From an archaeon (GTDB lineage Archaea; Nanobdellota; Nanobdellia; Woesearchaeales; GW2011-AR9): 64,000 nucleotides of DNA. Positions 50,640 to 58,863 of this stretch are shown piece after piece (the stretch's first letter is position 1; each line of letters starts with the position of its first letter). The stretch spans positions 28,500 to 92,499 of the forward strand of contig JABHRS010000037.1 in assembly GCA_018670085.1 (NCBI GenBank), written 5' to 3'. The notes beneath the pieces are model-generated. The model was not told where the DNA came from and ran no database searches. It saw only the letters and a program-made list of their open reading frames with translations. The translations under genes and the position numbers were made by a program.

Positions 50640-51218
50640 TTAAAAAAATCCATGTCTTTTTTTACTTTTTTCCAATCCAGGCGGTGGAGGTGGAATTCCT
50701 CCAATACCAGCAACACTTGCTGAACCCATAGTAGGAAGTGGTGGAACCATTGAAGCACCAACACCTGCACTCATCATATTAGGAGGAGCAGAAAAAGAAC
50801 CACCCTGCATATTACTTGGCATACCTGTGTTTGCTGAAGGGATACTCTGCACTGCAGCAACAGGTTTACTTGAATTTGTAAATTGTTCAATCTTATCTGA
50901 AATAGCAATCATTCCTCTTGCAATAGTTTCGTTTTGAGTTACAACGGCATCAATTCTTTCATTCAAATGTTTAATTGATTTGAAGATATCTTCATCTGCT
51001 GTTGTGTCTAATGCTTTTTTGAATACATCATTCAATTCATGAATTGAATCTTTCAAACTTTCAATCTCCAAGATAAGTTCATTTGTTTTGGTATCTGGTT
51101 CTTGTAATTTCTTTTTTAATGCCTCAACATCATATTTGAGATCCTCAAGTAAACTGTGAGGAAGAATTTCATAATCTTGCTTTGTCATCCCTGCCACCTC
51201 TTTGTAATCGATAATCAC
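50640..51218 (-). CDS. Coiled-coil protein with a Gly/Pro/Met-rich C-terminus
   Basis: N-terminal coiled coil. C-terminal ...PPLPTMGSASVAGIGGIPPPPPGLEKSKKRHGFF. Same architecture as 49541..50545. Confidence 0.5.
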   Translation of the reverse strand: MIIDYKEVAGMTKQDYEILPHSLLEDLKYDVEALKKKLQEPDTKTNELILEIESLKDSIHELNDVFKKALDTTADEDIFKSIKHLNERIDAVVTQNETIARGMIAISDKIEQFTNSSKPVAAVQSIPSANTGMPSNMQGGSFSAPPNMMSAGVGASMVPPLPTMGSASVAGIGGIPPPPPGLEKSKKRHGFF

Positions 51219-51413
51219 TTAACTTATGATCACCAAAATTATTATAATTATAATGATTAAATATTTTCCTTATCAAAAATAGAGGAAGTGAGGTATATAA
51301 AGTTTTGCGTCAATTAAACAATTATCTTAATTGATTTTATTCGAAAATTGATTATACAACTGGTTAAACAATTGAAACTAACACATAGTTTTAAATACTA
51401 ATTTTCTTAAATA

Positions 51414-51599
51414 ATGTTTACCATGATAGTTGTAAGAACTCAAATAAAGGATCTATTGAAAGAAAGTGGCACTGACGTACAAAATATCTCAAGTGATTTT
51501 TGTGAAAAACTTGATGCAAAGGTACGTGAATTAGTTACAGAAGCTTGCAAACGCGCAGCAGCTAATAGCAGACGCACAGCAATGGCAAGAGACATTTAA
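51414..51599 (+). CDS. Small histone-fold-like protein (tentative)
   Basis: 61 aa. Pattern I.KD.....G...VS.D....L...V.E......K.A....RRT....DI parallels archaeal histone alpha1-L1-alpha2. Confidence 0.35.
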   Translation: MFTMIVVRTQIKDLLKESGTDVQNISSDFCEKLDAKVRELVTEACKRAAANSRRTAMARDI

Positions 51600-51632
51600 T
51601 TAATTAAAATAAAAAAATCAATAAAATTAAAA

Positions 51633-52025
51633 ATGGATTCATGTATTTTTTGCAAAATTGTTGTAGGTGAGATACCTAGTTACAAAGTTTTTGAAGATGA
51701 GAATTTTTTAGCCTTCTTAGATATTACACCAAAAAAAGAAGGTCATACATTGGTGATTCCCAAGAAACATTATAGATGGGTTTGGGATGTAAAAGAAAAT
51801 TATTCAGTAACTACAAATAAAGTTGCTAATGCTCTTAAGAAAGCATTTGACACCGATTGGGTTGTGTCTTTTGTGATGGGCGAAGAAGTTCATCATGCTC
51901 ATATCCATTTAGTCCCAAGGCAACGTGATGACGGGCACGGATCATTAATTAATGTAGATTCTAAAGTTGAAATAAATAAAGAAGAAATGCTTGAAATCGC
52001 TCAAAAAATTCGTGATTCTTTTTGA
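51633..52025 (+). CDS. HIT-family (histidine triad) nucleotide hydrolase
   Basis: CIFCKI..., HTLVIPKKH, HHAHIHLVP (HxHxHxx). Confidence 0.8.
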   Translation: MDSCIFCKIVVGEIPSYKVFEDENFLAFLDITPKKEGHTLVIPKKHYRWVWDVKENYSVTTNKVANALKKAFDTDWVVSFVMGEEVHHAHIHLVPRQRDDGHGSLINVDSKVEINKEEMLEIAQKIRDSF

Positions 52026-52106
52026 TTATCTAAATCAAGATACTACAGATTATAACCAGTAACTTTTTAAATAGGATTAATGGTCTATTGAATTACAGTG
52101 CATTTT

Positions 52107-52266
52107 GGCGAAGTGGCTTAACCTGGTTATAGCGCCACATGGAAAGAGAAATTCTCTTCTCAGGGCGAGGCTCATAAGAGATGAGCGATGAGACCCTCGG
52201 GTCAATGATTAACATCTCAGCTTCTGGGTTACGTGGAAGTCGGGAGTTCAAATCTCCCCTTCGCCA
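52107..52266 (+). tRNA. tRNA gene carrying an approx. 85-nt intron. Anticodon not confidently assigned (GAA/GGA readings both imperfect).
   Basis: Acceptor stem GGCGAAG/CTTCGCC with discriminator A. U8. D-arm GCUu...AGC with a ..CCUGGUUA.. loop. T-arm GGGAG-UUCAAAU-CUCCC. Anticodon-stem halves CCAC(A) at 52135-39 and (C)GUGG at 52232-36, separated by an intron-like insert with internal hairpins. Confidence 0.75.
52253..52266 (+). repeat. 14-bp direct repeat, copy 1 (3' end of the tRNA: ctccccttcgccac)
   Basis: Exact 14-mer recurs at 53096..53109. Confidence 0.8.
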
Positions 52267-52284
52267 CTATGCACTATTTTACTT

Positions 52285-52305
52285 GGGCCACTACCCACTG
52301 GTCAT
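52285..52305 (+). repeat. Left inverted repeat (gggccactacccactggtcat) of the LAGLIDADG mini-element
   Basis: Reverse complement of 53078..53098 with 2 mismatches over about 21 bp. Confidence 0.7.
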
Positions 52306-52346
52306 CTTCTACTAACCTTTATTAATTTTCATACCAAATTAACAAT

Positions 52347-52961
52347 ATGAAAATCACTAAAAATTTCGCAATTCTCTATGGAATCCTACTAGGAGATGGT
52401 TGTTTATCAAATACTTCCAAAGCAAGATATATTTGTATTACTTGTGACAGATATTCTGATAAAGAGTTGTTCAAAAAATTAACACCTATTATTGAAAAAA
52501 TAAGAGGTAAAAAAATTAAAATAAAAGATAGAGGAACACATGGAACAATTGAGATTAAATTCTCAGATAAAAAGATGTTTGAAACATTTAAAAAAATTGG
52601 TTTTCCAGTTGGGAAAAAAGGAGTAAATCTTTTCATCCCGAAAATTTTTAAAAATCATTTGAAGGAAGTTATTCAAGGTCATTTTGCAACGGATGGGTGT
52701 GTTGTAATCACAAACAATAATGGAATTAGATATCCAAGAATTGAATTTTCAAGTATCTCTAAAGGTCTTTTAGAACAAATAAACAAATATCTCATAAACA
52801 GTAATATTAGAAGTAAAATATATCTTTCAAAGAGATACACTAATGGATGGAATAATTTGTACAGAATTCAGATAAATGGAAAGAAACAACTATGTATTTT
52901 TGAAGAGAAAATAGGATTTTTCAACCCAAAACACAAAAAAATAGCAGATTCATTCAAATAA
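52347..52961 (+). CDS. LAGLIDADG homing endonuclease (double-motif, free-standing)
   Basis: ILYGILLGDGCL (first LAGLIDADG) and IQGHFATDGCV (second), separated by about 100 aa. Typical basic DNA-binding surface. Confidence 0.8.
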   Translation: MKITKNFAILYGILLGDGCLSNTSKARYICITCDRYSDKELFKKLTPIIEKIRGKKIKIKDRGTHGTIEIKFSDKKMFETFKKIGFPVGKKGVNLFIPKIFKNHLKEVIQGHFATDGCVVITNNNGIRYPRIEFSSISKGLLEQINKYLINSNIRSKIYLSKRYTNGWNNLYRIQINGKKQLCIFEEKIGFFNPKHKKIADSFK

Positions 52962-53077
52962 ATGCCTCCCCTTATGAACCAATTATTTCAAAAAATCTAG
53001 GTACCTGAGTTCTAACTTTAACAACTACATGCCAAGTATCATTTGGTTTACGTACTGTTCCTCCTTTATCCCTATGT

Positions 53078-53098
53078 ATGACCAGTGAGTAGTGGCTC
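53078..53098 (+). repeat. Right inverted repeat (atgaccagtgagtagtggctc) of the LAGLIDADG mini-element
   Basis: See 52285..52305. Confidence 0.7.
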
Positions 53099-53109
53099 CC
53101 CTTCGCCAC
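53096..53109 (+). repeat. 14-bp direct repeat, copy 2 (partial duplicate of the tRNA 3' end, no T-loop)
   Basis: ctccccttcgccac identical to 52253..52266. GC-rich 14-mer in an AT-rich genome. Confidence 0.8.
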
Positions 53110-53221
53110 CATTTTCTTTTAGTAGTAAGTTATAACTCTAAAGAAGTTGCTGATTTTATTTGGACAAGGAGAGAATGGCAGATGAGAAATATTCAAAAAT
53201 ATTAATAATAAAAATTAAAAA

Positions 53222-53659
53222 TCAAAGCATAAATGTAAGTCCACTGTATATTCTAGTCATTTTACTAGCACGTAAAAGATTACAATAATCATTATGTTCA
53301 GTAAAAACCTCTTCTATTGGTCTTGAAAGGAAACCATTTTTCATTTTAACTTCTTGTCCATCAGCAAAATTGAAACTTAATCTGTTTGGCTGATCTCCTT
53401 CAAACACTTGCGAACCTAAATAATAAACTCCAGAACCACCAATTCTAAGTTGATTACATTTCCTCCCTGTAGTCTCCATCCCACGTCGGATTGCTGAACT
53501 TTCATACATGAATACCATCTTATCATCAACCTTTACTTCGAGTAGATCTTCTCTTACTAATCCACTATAAAATGGAAGACTTTCTACAGTTCCGATCGCA
53601 CCGGAATCTTCCCATTTTTTCCAAAACCTAGGATTATTTTTTTTACTTTGATTTACCAT
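53222..53659 (-). CDS. Hypothetical protein
   Basis: ORF only. Lies between the two tRNA-fragment repeats. Confidence 0.45.
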   Translation of the reverse strand: MVNQSKKNNPRFWKKWEDSGAIGTVESLPFYSGLVREDLLEVKVDDKMVFMYESSAIRRGMETTGRKCNQLRIGGSGVYYLGSQVFEGDQPNRLSFNFADGQEVKMKNGFLSRPIEEVFTEHNDYCNLLRASKMTRIYSGLTFML

Positions 53660-53934
53660 TTTTATCTAGTCCATATCAGAAAACTCTAATTGGTTATCTG
53701 AAATTTTTTATTTTATCAAACTGATTTAAGAAAATTAATTTACTTCTTATTTATTAAAACAGTCAACTTCAACTGTCTAAAAAACAACACACTATATAAA
53801 GTTGCTCCTTAATTATAGTGACACTCAATGAATGCATGTGTCAAATAATCTTGAATTTTTTAAAACTCACCCAAAACCACCAAGCTCTCCACACAACAAC
53901 AATCATTAAATATTAAACACAAATTATCAATTCT

Positions 53935-54567
53935 ATGGTTATGTATCCCAATTATGTACTAGGAGAAACAACTCTCTCATTGCTTCAAATGCACATAGCA
54001 CTTTATGAGCAAGGCAAAGATCAATTTAAATCAGAACAACCCATGATCCTCGCAGCTGTTGAAGCAACTATGCCAAGAGTAGAATTAGAGTTAGGGTTAT
54101 TTTATGGAAAAGTGGATCCAATAAATTCTGCAATTAATCAAGAAAGAGAGATCCCCCCATATTCACCTGGAGAAGCAATCGTTTTAGTACTGAAAAAACC
54201 AAATCAGAGTTTACATGCAGTTCAGTTAAAATTTTGTGGATCAAATGAGAGAGTGAATTGGAAAGAGTGGAGAATTGAAGGAATAGCTGAAGGAGAATTC
54301 ACTGAATCTCATTTTGCACCATATGGCTCCGCTAAAATTGAAGATATAACAAACTCCAATGCTAAATTTTACAGTAATTCTCCAAAAGAGGTTGGCAGAC
54401 GCGAAACTTCCATAACAGATCATCCAATAGAGATGATTATTCAAGAGGTACAAGAATTAGAGAGATCAGCGAGGTACAGATATGTTCATCAGTTAGAATT
54501 TCCAAAAAACTTGAGCCCTTCGGAAAAATCAGTACTCGCAAGCTTAAATAAAGCACAATATTTATAA
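53935..54567 (+). CDS. Hypothetical protein
   Basis: ORF only. Confidence 0.45.
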   Translation: MVMYPNYVLGETTLSLLQMHIALYEQGKDQFKSEQPMILAAVEATMPRVELELGLFYGKVDPINSAINQEREIPPYSPGEAIVLVLKKPNQSLHAVQLKFCGSNERVNWKEWRIEGIAEGEFTESHFAPYGSAKIEDITNSNAKFYSNSPKEVGRRETSITDHPIEMIIQEVQELERSARYRYVHQLEFPKNLSPSEKSVLASLNKAQYL

Positions 54568-54590
54568 AACAATTCTAGAACTTCAATAAT

Positions 54591-54604
54591 ACGCCAACGT
54601 GGCA
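54591..54604 (+). repeat. 14-bp direct repeat (acgccaacgtggca) duplicating nt -2..+12 of tRNA-Ser, 67 bp upstream of the gene
   Basis: Exact match to 54658..54671. Followed by a perfect AT hairpin agaaaaat-cta-atttttct. Confidence 0.75.
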
Positions 54605-54659
54605 TACTTAGAAAAATCTAATTTTTCTGGTCGCCACTTAAGTGTTCATAAAAATTCAC

Positions 54660-54742
54660 GCCAACGTGGCACAATCTGGTACTGCGCAAGACTGGAAATC
54701 TTGTTTCCTCTGGATATCCCGGTTCAAATCCGGGCGTTGGCG
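54660..54742 (+). tRNA. tRNA-Ser (anticodon GGA), class II
   Basis: Acceptor GCCAACG/CGUUGGC, discriminator G. U8. 3-bp D-stem. Anticodon stem CAAGA/UCUUG with loop C-U-GGA-A-A. 14-nt variable arm. T-arm CCCGG-UUCAAAU-CCGGG. 83 nt. Confidence 0.85.
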
Positions 54743-55040
54743 CTTTTTCTTTTACCTAGCGCCGCACCTTAGAAATAGGGCATATTTGAGTATTGGACTT
54801 GTACTAACTTAAAAGATCCTATTCTAGGCTCTTTCAACAAGTGTAAGTCCTAATGGCCAAAGTAATCACTTATGGAATTCTATAAGCAGTTTCTTTGTTT
54901 TTGGAGTAAATAAGCCTCTGAACTATATAATATTTTCTTGGTAACATGGCCATTAGTGGTCCAGGAGGAATAAATACTCTTTTTCCCCATATTAGATCTG
55001 AACAATTCATCTGGTTCAAAATAATTTAGGGGGAAATACA

Positions 55041-55286
55041 ATGGAAGCATTGGATATGAAAGTATTACAAGAAGATAGAAGTGAACATATTGAGTACTGC
55101 CTTAGACAAATTGGATCTTTAGTTAATTCTGGATTTGTAATGTCGGCAGAACCGTATGTAGATCACTTGTGTGGTAAAGAACTTGGATTGTATGCTAGTG
55201 AATTTGAAACGTTGTGTTTCAATTTTGCCATTGAGCACAGTTTACGCACTGGTGAGATCAGCCCATATCTTTGGGGTGCACAATGA
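55041..55286 (+). CDS. Hypothetical soluble protein, first gene of an ATGA-coupled operon
   Basis: SD-like tagggggaa upstream. Stop overlaps the next start (ATGA). Confidence 0.5.
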   Translation: MEALDMKVLQEDRSEHIEYCLRQIGSLVNSGFVMSAEPYVDHLCGKELGLYASEFETLCFNFAIEHSLRTGEISPYLWGAQ

Positions 55287-55429
55287 AGTGTCTTGTCTGT
55301 AAAGGGGATGCCAATCAAGAACTTTGCGACACCTGTGCACAAATTCTGCTTGACAAATATCCTAACGAATCCATTTGGGATATCATCAAGCGTTACGAAG
55401 AATATTGCTATGGAGGTGAAGAAGAATGA
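55283..55429 (+). CDS. Small zinc-ribbon protein (48 aa, not in the supplied ORF track)
   Basis: MKCLVCKGDANQELCDTCAQ... (CxxC-x8-CxxC). Start and stop both in ATGA overlaps with neighbouring genes. Confidence 0.45.
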   Translation: MKCLVCKGDANQELCDTCAQILLDKYPNESIWDIIKRYEEYCYGGEEE

Positions 55430-55689
55430 TAGTAGGAGATTGGAAAGCAATACTTGCTACACTGTGGGTTGCATTGTGTCTTGTCTTTATTGTGTATATG
55501 ATAGAAGCGGCAAGTTATGATGTGGCTCTTGGTTTTATCGTAGGAGTAGCAGTTGTGTCAGTTTTCTTTTTGATACAACCAAACAAGTGCCGTGTTACTC
55601 AAGAAGAAGCTCCAGAAATTCTAGAAGAAGGAGATGACAGTTTACTAACACGGGTGTTTACACCTGGTTTTGTGGAGGTGAGACAATGA
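55426..55689 (+). CDS. Small two-TM membrane protein
   Basis: Two hydrophobic helices. ATGA-coupled on both sides. Confidence 0.5.
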   Translation: MIVGDWKAILATLWVALCLVFIVYMIEAASYDVALGFIVGVAVVSVFFLIQPNKCRVTQEEAPEILEEGDDSLLTRVFTPGFVEVRQ

Positions 55690-56012
55690 AACAAATATTT
55701 TCAGTCTTATTTTTGTTATTGCTGATTGCACCAATGGCATTTGCAGAAATAGACTTTGACGGAGAAGAACTCAGTACAGAAGAAGAAGCATTGCTTGATG
55801 AGATCATGGATCCAATATTCACAATTTACAATGCTCTGAAATATGTGGCAACTGTAATTGGTGTAATGGTTCTTGTCTTTGCAGGAGTTAGTTTAATGAC
55901 AGCTTCAGAACCTGCAAAAAAAGATCGAGCAAAGAATATGCTAATGGGAGTAGTTATTGGATTAACTATTATCTGGACAGCACCATTAATTGTGGAGTTA
56001 GTGTTCACATGA
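55686..56012 (+). CDS. VirB2/TrbC/CedA1-like pilin-type protein (signal peptide plus two TM helices)
   Basis: Cleavable signal MKQIFSVLFLLLLIAPMAFA, acidic segment, then two hydrophobic helices separated by a short K/R loop (SEPAKKDRAKNM). 108 aa. Confidence 0.5.
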   Translation: MKQIFSVLFLLLLIAPMAFAEIDFDGEELSTEEEALLDEIMDPIFTIYNALKYVATVIGVMVLVFAGVSLMTASEPAKKDRAKNMLMGVVIGLTIIWTAPLIVELVFT

Positions 56013-58045
56013 AACTAGCTCCATATTTTTTTCTTTTTGTATTATTAGTTAGCTCTGCGCTAGCTTTTGATTGCTCTTATGCTTCTGATAGCGAAGTTTG
56101 TGAAGAAGTGTTAGACTCTGATTTGGGTCGCTCTGAAATAGAAGAAGCTTTGTCTTCTCTTTTTTATGAAAAAACCAGTAATCCAGATCATGATTTTGTT
56201 TCAGAGTATAATAAGGCAATTGAAGTAAATTCTGCACCAAACGATGTTGAAATAATTGATTCTTCTTACATTTACGATGCATGGGTTTCTTTAGACACAC
56301 TGTCCCCTTCTGTTTATGAAACAGATGAGTTGTTAGTTCCGCCAGAAGTTGAAGCTATTTTTCACTCTGATTATTCTGTATCAATTCCTGGGTCTTACAC
56401 TGCAAGTAAATATCCTTACACCAATAGTGGCTACTGTAAACGCAGGTATTCATTGGCCTCTGAAGATGTAAAAGAATGGTTTTCAGTAAATGATGAATTA
56501 TTTGAAACCAATGAACTAACTGTAGGTAGCTCAAGTATAATATCTTATCATCAAAAAATTACTGTTAAGGTTAATGAAGCACAGTATAAATGGAAAGAAG
56601 TATGGAATAGTCATTATCACATGTATCAATGGAAGTGTGAATACTATAGAACTCTTACTCACACAGACGTTGTAGATTTAGAAGATAGTAAAGACGTAAG
56701 TAGGCGCACGCTAGATCCAAGTTATGCTATTCTTTGGTCATCACGTTATCGTGGCACTTCAACAGGCGAATTTTATGCGCACAACTACGCGCAAATAGAA
56801 TTGTCTTTTGGAAATTCCAGTTACACAGAGCAAGCGTTTGTGTACTATGTTGTGTTTGAAAAAGAACCGTACGATTTTGCAGTGTTAGTTGCCAAAGAAG
56901 TGGACAACACAGCAATTCAAGGAATGTATGTTGATGAAAACCTGTTTTATGTTGCTAACACTGCCTTGTGTCAAATAGTTGGTTACAACCATTTCTTCTC
57001 AATCACAGAAGATTGTGAAGTAGATGAAGATATTGAAGAATTAAGTGCTTCTTTTTCAACAGAGGAATCAAACTTTGATCTTACACTGTTGTATTATTTC
57101 ATTTTATTGGGTTTAGTATGCTATCTTCTTTTCAAGTTACTTGGTTCGCAGCTACGTAAAATTCTTCCATACTTTATTTTGCCGTTGTTATTGATTCCGA
57201 ATGTTTTGGCTGCGGATGAAGACTGTGGTCTTACCAATTTATCAAGTTGTATTCCTGAAGCGATGTATGATTTTATTTTAAGTATAATTAACTTGACATT
57301 ATCTCCAAGTTTAGAAATCATTCAAAATTTACTTACAAGTGATATTGACATTTCTCTCTTTTATCACGCATGGTCTGTAATACGCTATATGATTTCATTC
57401 TTCTATGTATTCTTTTTTGTCTACGCGGGCTGTGTGCTTTTGATGGGAAGTGCCAGTCCAATTCAGAGAGCGCACGCCAAAGATATGCTCAAGAACACGT
57501 TCATAATGATACTTCTGATTCACGGATCGTATTATCTTTATGATTTGTTTATTACACTTTCCAGTACAATGAGTGGGGCTATTTTAGAAATGATTGACCC
57601 TACATTCTTTATGCTGACAGCTGACAATATAATTAATATCGGGCTAGAGTTCATGTTTACTTGGTTCTATAGTTTGACATTAACATTCACAATATTATTT
57701 TTGACCTTTCGTTATATTGTTGTTGTTACAGGAGTGATTGTATTACCTATTGCACTTTTTTGTTTCTTTATTCCTCCTTTGAAAGCCTATGGTAAGTTTA
57801 TGCTTTCTGTAATTGGATTAATGCTCTTCATAACATTCATTGACTTGCTAATTATCTTAGCCTGTGCATCATTGGTAGAAATTACTCTGTTTGAAAGTAT
57901 GAAAATTTTAGTAATGATTGTTTGTTTTCTTTTCATCAATTACACACTATGGCTGTGCACTAAGTTTGCCTTTGCCATGAGTGTGAATGGTTCAATCAAA
58001 GATGATGTTAAGCAAGCTGCGAAGTATGTGGCATTGTTAGTGTAG
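56009..58045 (+). CDS. VirB6/TrbL/CedA-like polytopic membrane protein with a large N-terminal extracytoplasmic domain
   Basis: Signal peptide, an approx. 330-aa Cys-containing soluble domain, then at least 6 C-terminal TM helices. Operon partner of the VirB4-like ATPase. Confidence 0.5.
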   Translation: MKLAPYFFLFVLLVSSALAFDCSYASDSEVCEEVLDSDLGRSEIEEALSSLFYEKTSNPDHDFVSEYNKAIEVNSAPNDVEIIDSSYIYDAWVSLDTLSPSVYETDELLVPPEVEAIFHSDYSVSIPGSYTASKYPYTNSGYCKRRYSLASEDVKEWFSVNDELFETNELTVGSSSIISYHQKITVKVNEAQYKWKEVWNSHYHMYQWKCEYYRTLTHTDVVDLEDSKDVSRRTLDPSYAILWSSRYRGTSTGEFYAHNYAQIELSFGNSSYTEQAFVYYVVFEKEPYDFAVLVAKEVDNTAIQGMYVDENLFYVANTALCQIVGYNHFFSITEDCEVDEDIEELSASFSTEESNFDLTLLYYFILLGLVCYLLFKLLGSQLRKILPYFILPLLLIPNVLAADEDCGLTNLSSCIPEAMYDFILSIINLTLSPSLEIIQNLLTSDIDISLFYHAWSVIRYMISFFYVFFFVYAGCVLLMGSASPIQRAHAKDMLKNTFIMILLIHGSYYLYDLFITLSSTMSGAILEMIDPTFFMLTADNIINIGLEFMFTWFYSLTLTFTILFLTFRYIVVVTGVIVLPIALFCFFIPPLKAYGKFMLSVIGLMLFITFIDLLIILACASLVEITLFESMKILVMIVCFLFINYTLWLCTKFAFAMSVNGSIKDDVKQAAKYVALLV

Positions 58046-58103
58046 GTTAGCTAGGTGCATACTAGTTAGTCTTTAGAAGTGGTGAGGAAGGTAACGCTTC
58101 CTT

Positions 58104-58427
58104 TTATTTTCTTGGTTTACCTGAATTCACATGAAAATGTAAGTGTTTAGAATCTTGATAGTTTCCTAAATTCGTAAGAACTCTGCATTGTCCGTGTTCC
58201 TCTGTCACTTCTTTAGATACTCTTTGTAACACATCCATAATTTCTATGATTAATGATCTATCAGTCAATGTGAGTAAAGAATTAATATGCTTCTTTGGTA
58301 CAACAACAATATGTACTGGCCAAAATGGCTTCGTGTGATAATAAGCAAGCACATTTTCAGTTTCTAGTACCTTCTTAACAGGAGTCTTCCCACTGAAAAC
58401 TTCATCACAATAAAAGTCGTCTGTCAT
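58104..58427 (-). CDS. HIT-family protein
   Basis: HIVVVPKKHINSLL and HLHFHV (histidine triad). Confidence 0.75.
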   Translation of the reverse strand: MTDDFYCDEVFSGKTPVKKVLETENVLAYYHTKPFWPVHIVVVPKKHINSLLTLTDRSLIIEIMDVLQRVSKEVTEEHGQCRVLTNLGNYQDSKHLHFHVNSGKPRK

Positions 58428-58430
58428 CTT

Positions 58431-58826
58431 CTACCTTTTTGAAATAACTAGTTCTTTAAATTTAGTTGTTTCATCAACCTTCCTTTCAAACCTTAAATCC
58501 CCAATTTCTCCAATGATAATTTCTGCGGTTGTGTAAATTATACATCCTTCTTTGAGATGTCCACCAAAGGTGTTACCATCTTTATCAGAGATAGAAAGAT
58601 GAAGATGTACTCCATCTGGTGAAAGAGTTCCCACAAGACTTACAATCTCAAACTTCTCTACAAATTCCTTTTTAATGTTTTCATCAGCTAATCGAAGTGT
58701 TGCTTTTGATAAAGAACCAACACAAGTAAGTATAACTCCTGCTTGAATTTTATTCTCATTGCAAAATTTGATTACTCTTTTTTTAAGATCTTGACCAGGA
58801 TGCAGCCGTATAGCATATGTTCTCAT
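58431..58826 (-). CDS. DUF296/PPC-domain (COG1661-like) predicted DNA-binding protein
   Basis: ILTCVGSLSKATLRL...GVHLHLSISDKDGNTFGGHL pattern typical of DUF296. Confidence 0.5.
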   Translation of the reverse strand: MRTYAIRLHPGQDLKKRVIKFCNENKIQAGVILTCVGSLSKATLRLADENIKKEFVEKFEIVSLVGTLSPDGVHLHLSISDKDGNTFGGHLKEGCIIYTTAEIIIGEIGDLRFERKVDETTKFKELVISKR

Positions 58827-58863
58827 GGTACCTCAATGTTTACTTCAATTATAAATTCTTCTC

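Larger units (their letters stand above)
52267..53109 (+). mobile_element. Putative approx. 0.84-kb tRNA-associated mini-element encoding only a LAGLIDADG endonuclease
   Basis: Bounded by a 14-bp direct duplication of the tRNA 3' end and about 21-bp imperfect inverted repeats lying just inside those repeats. Confidence 0.45.

Noticed and set aside
52107-52266. Assigning the intron-containing tRNA as tRNA-Ser(GGA) from the 5'-exon reading ...U-GGA-A
   Set aside because: The 3' half has only a 4-5-nt variable loop (class I), and a bona fide tRNA-Ser(GGA) with a long variable arm already exists at 54660..54742. The anticodon was left unassigned.
55293-55520. 75-aa ORF from the supplied track in an alternative frame
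   Set aside because: The overlapping 48-aa zinc-ribbon ORF (55283..55429) is ATGA-coupled to both neighbours and has a CxxC...CxxC motif. The 75-aa frame overlaps two real genes and has no features.
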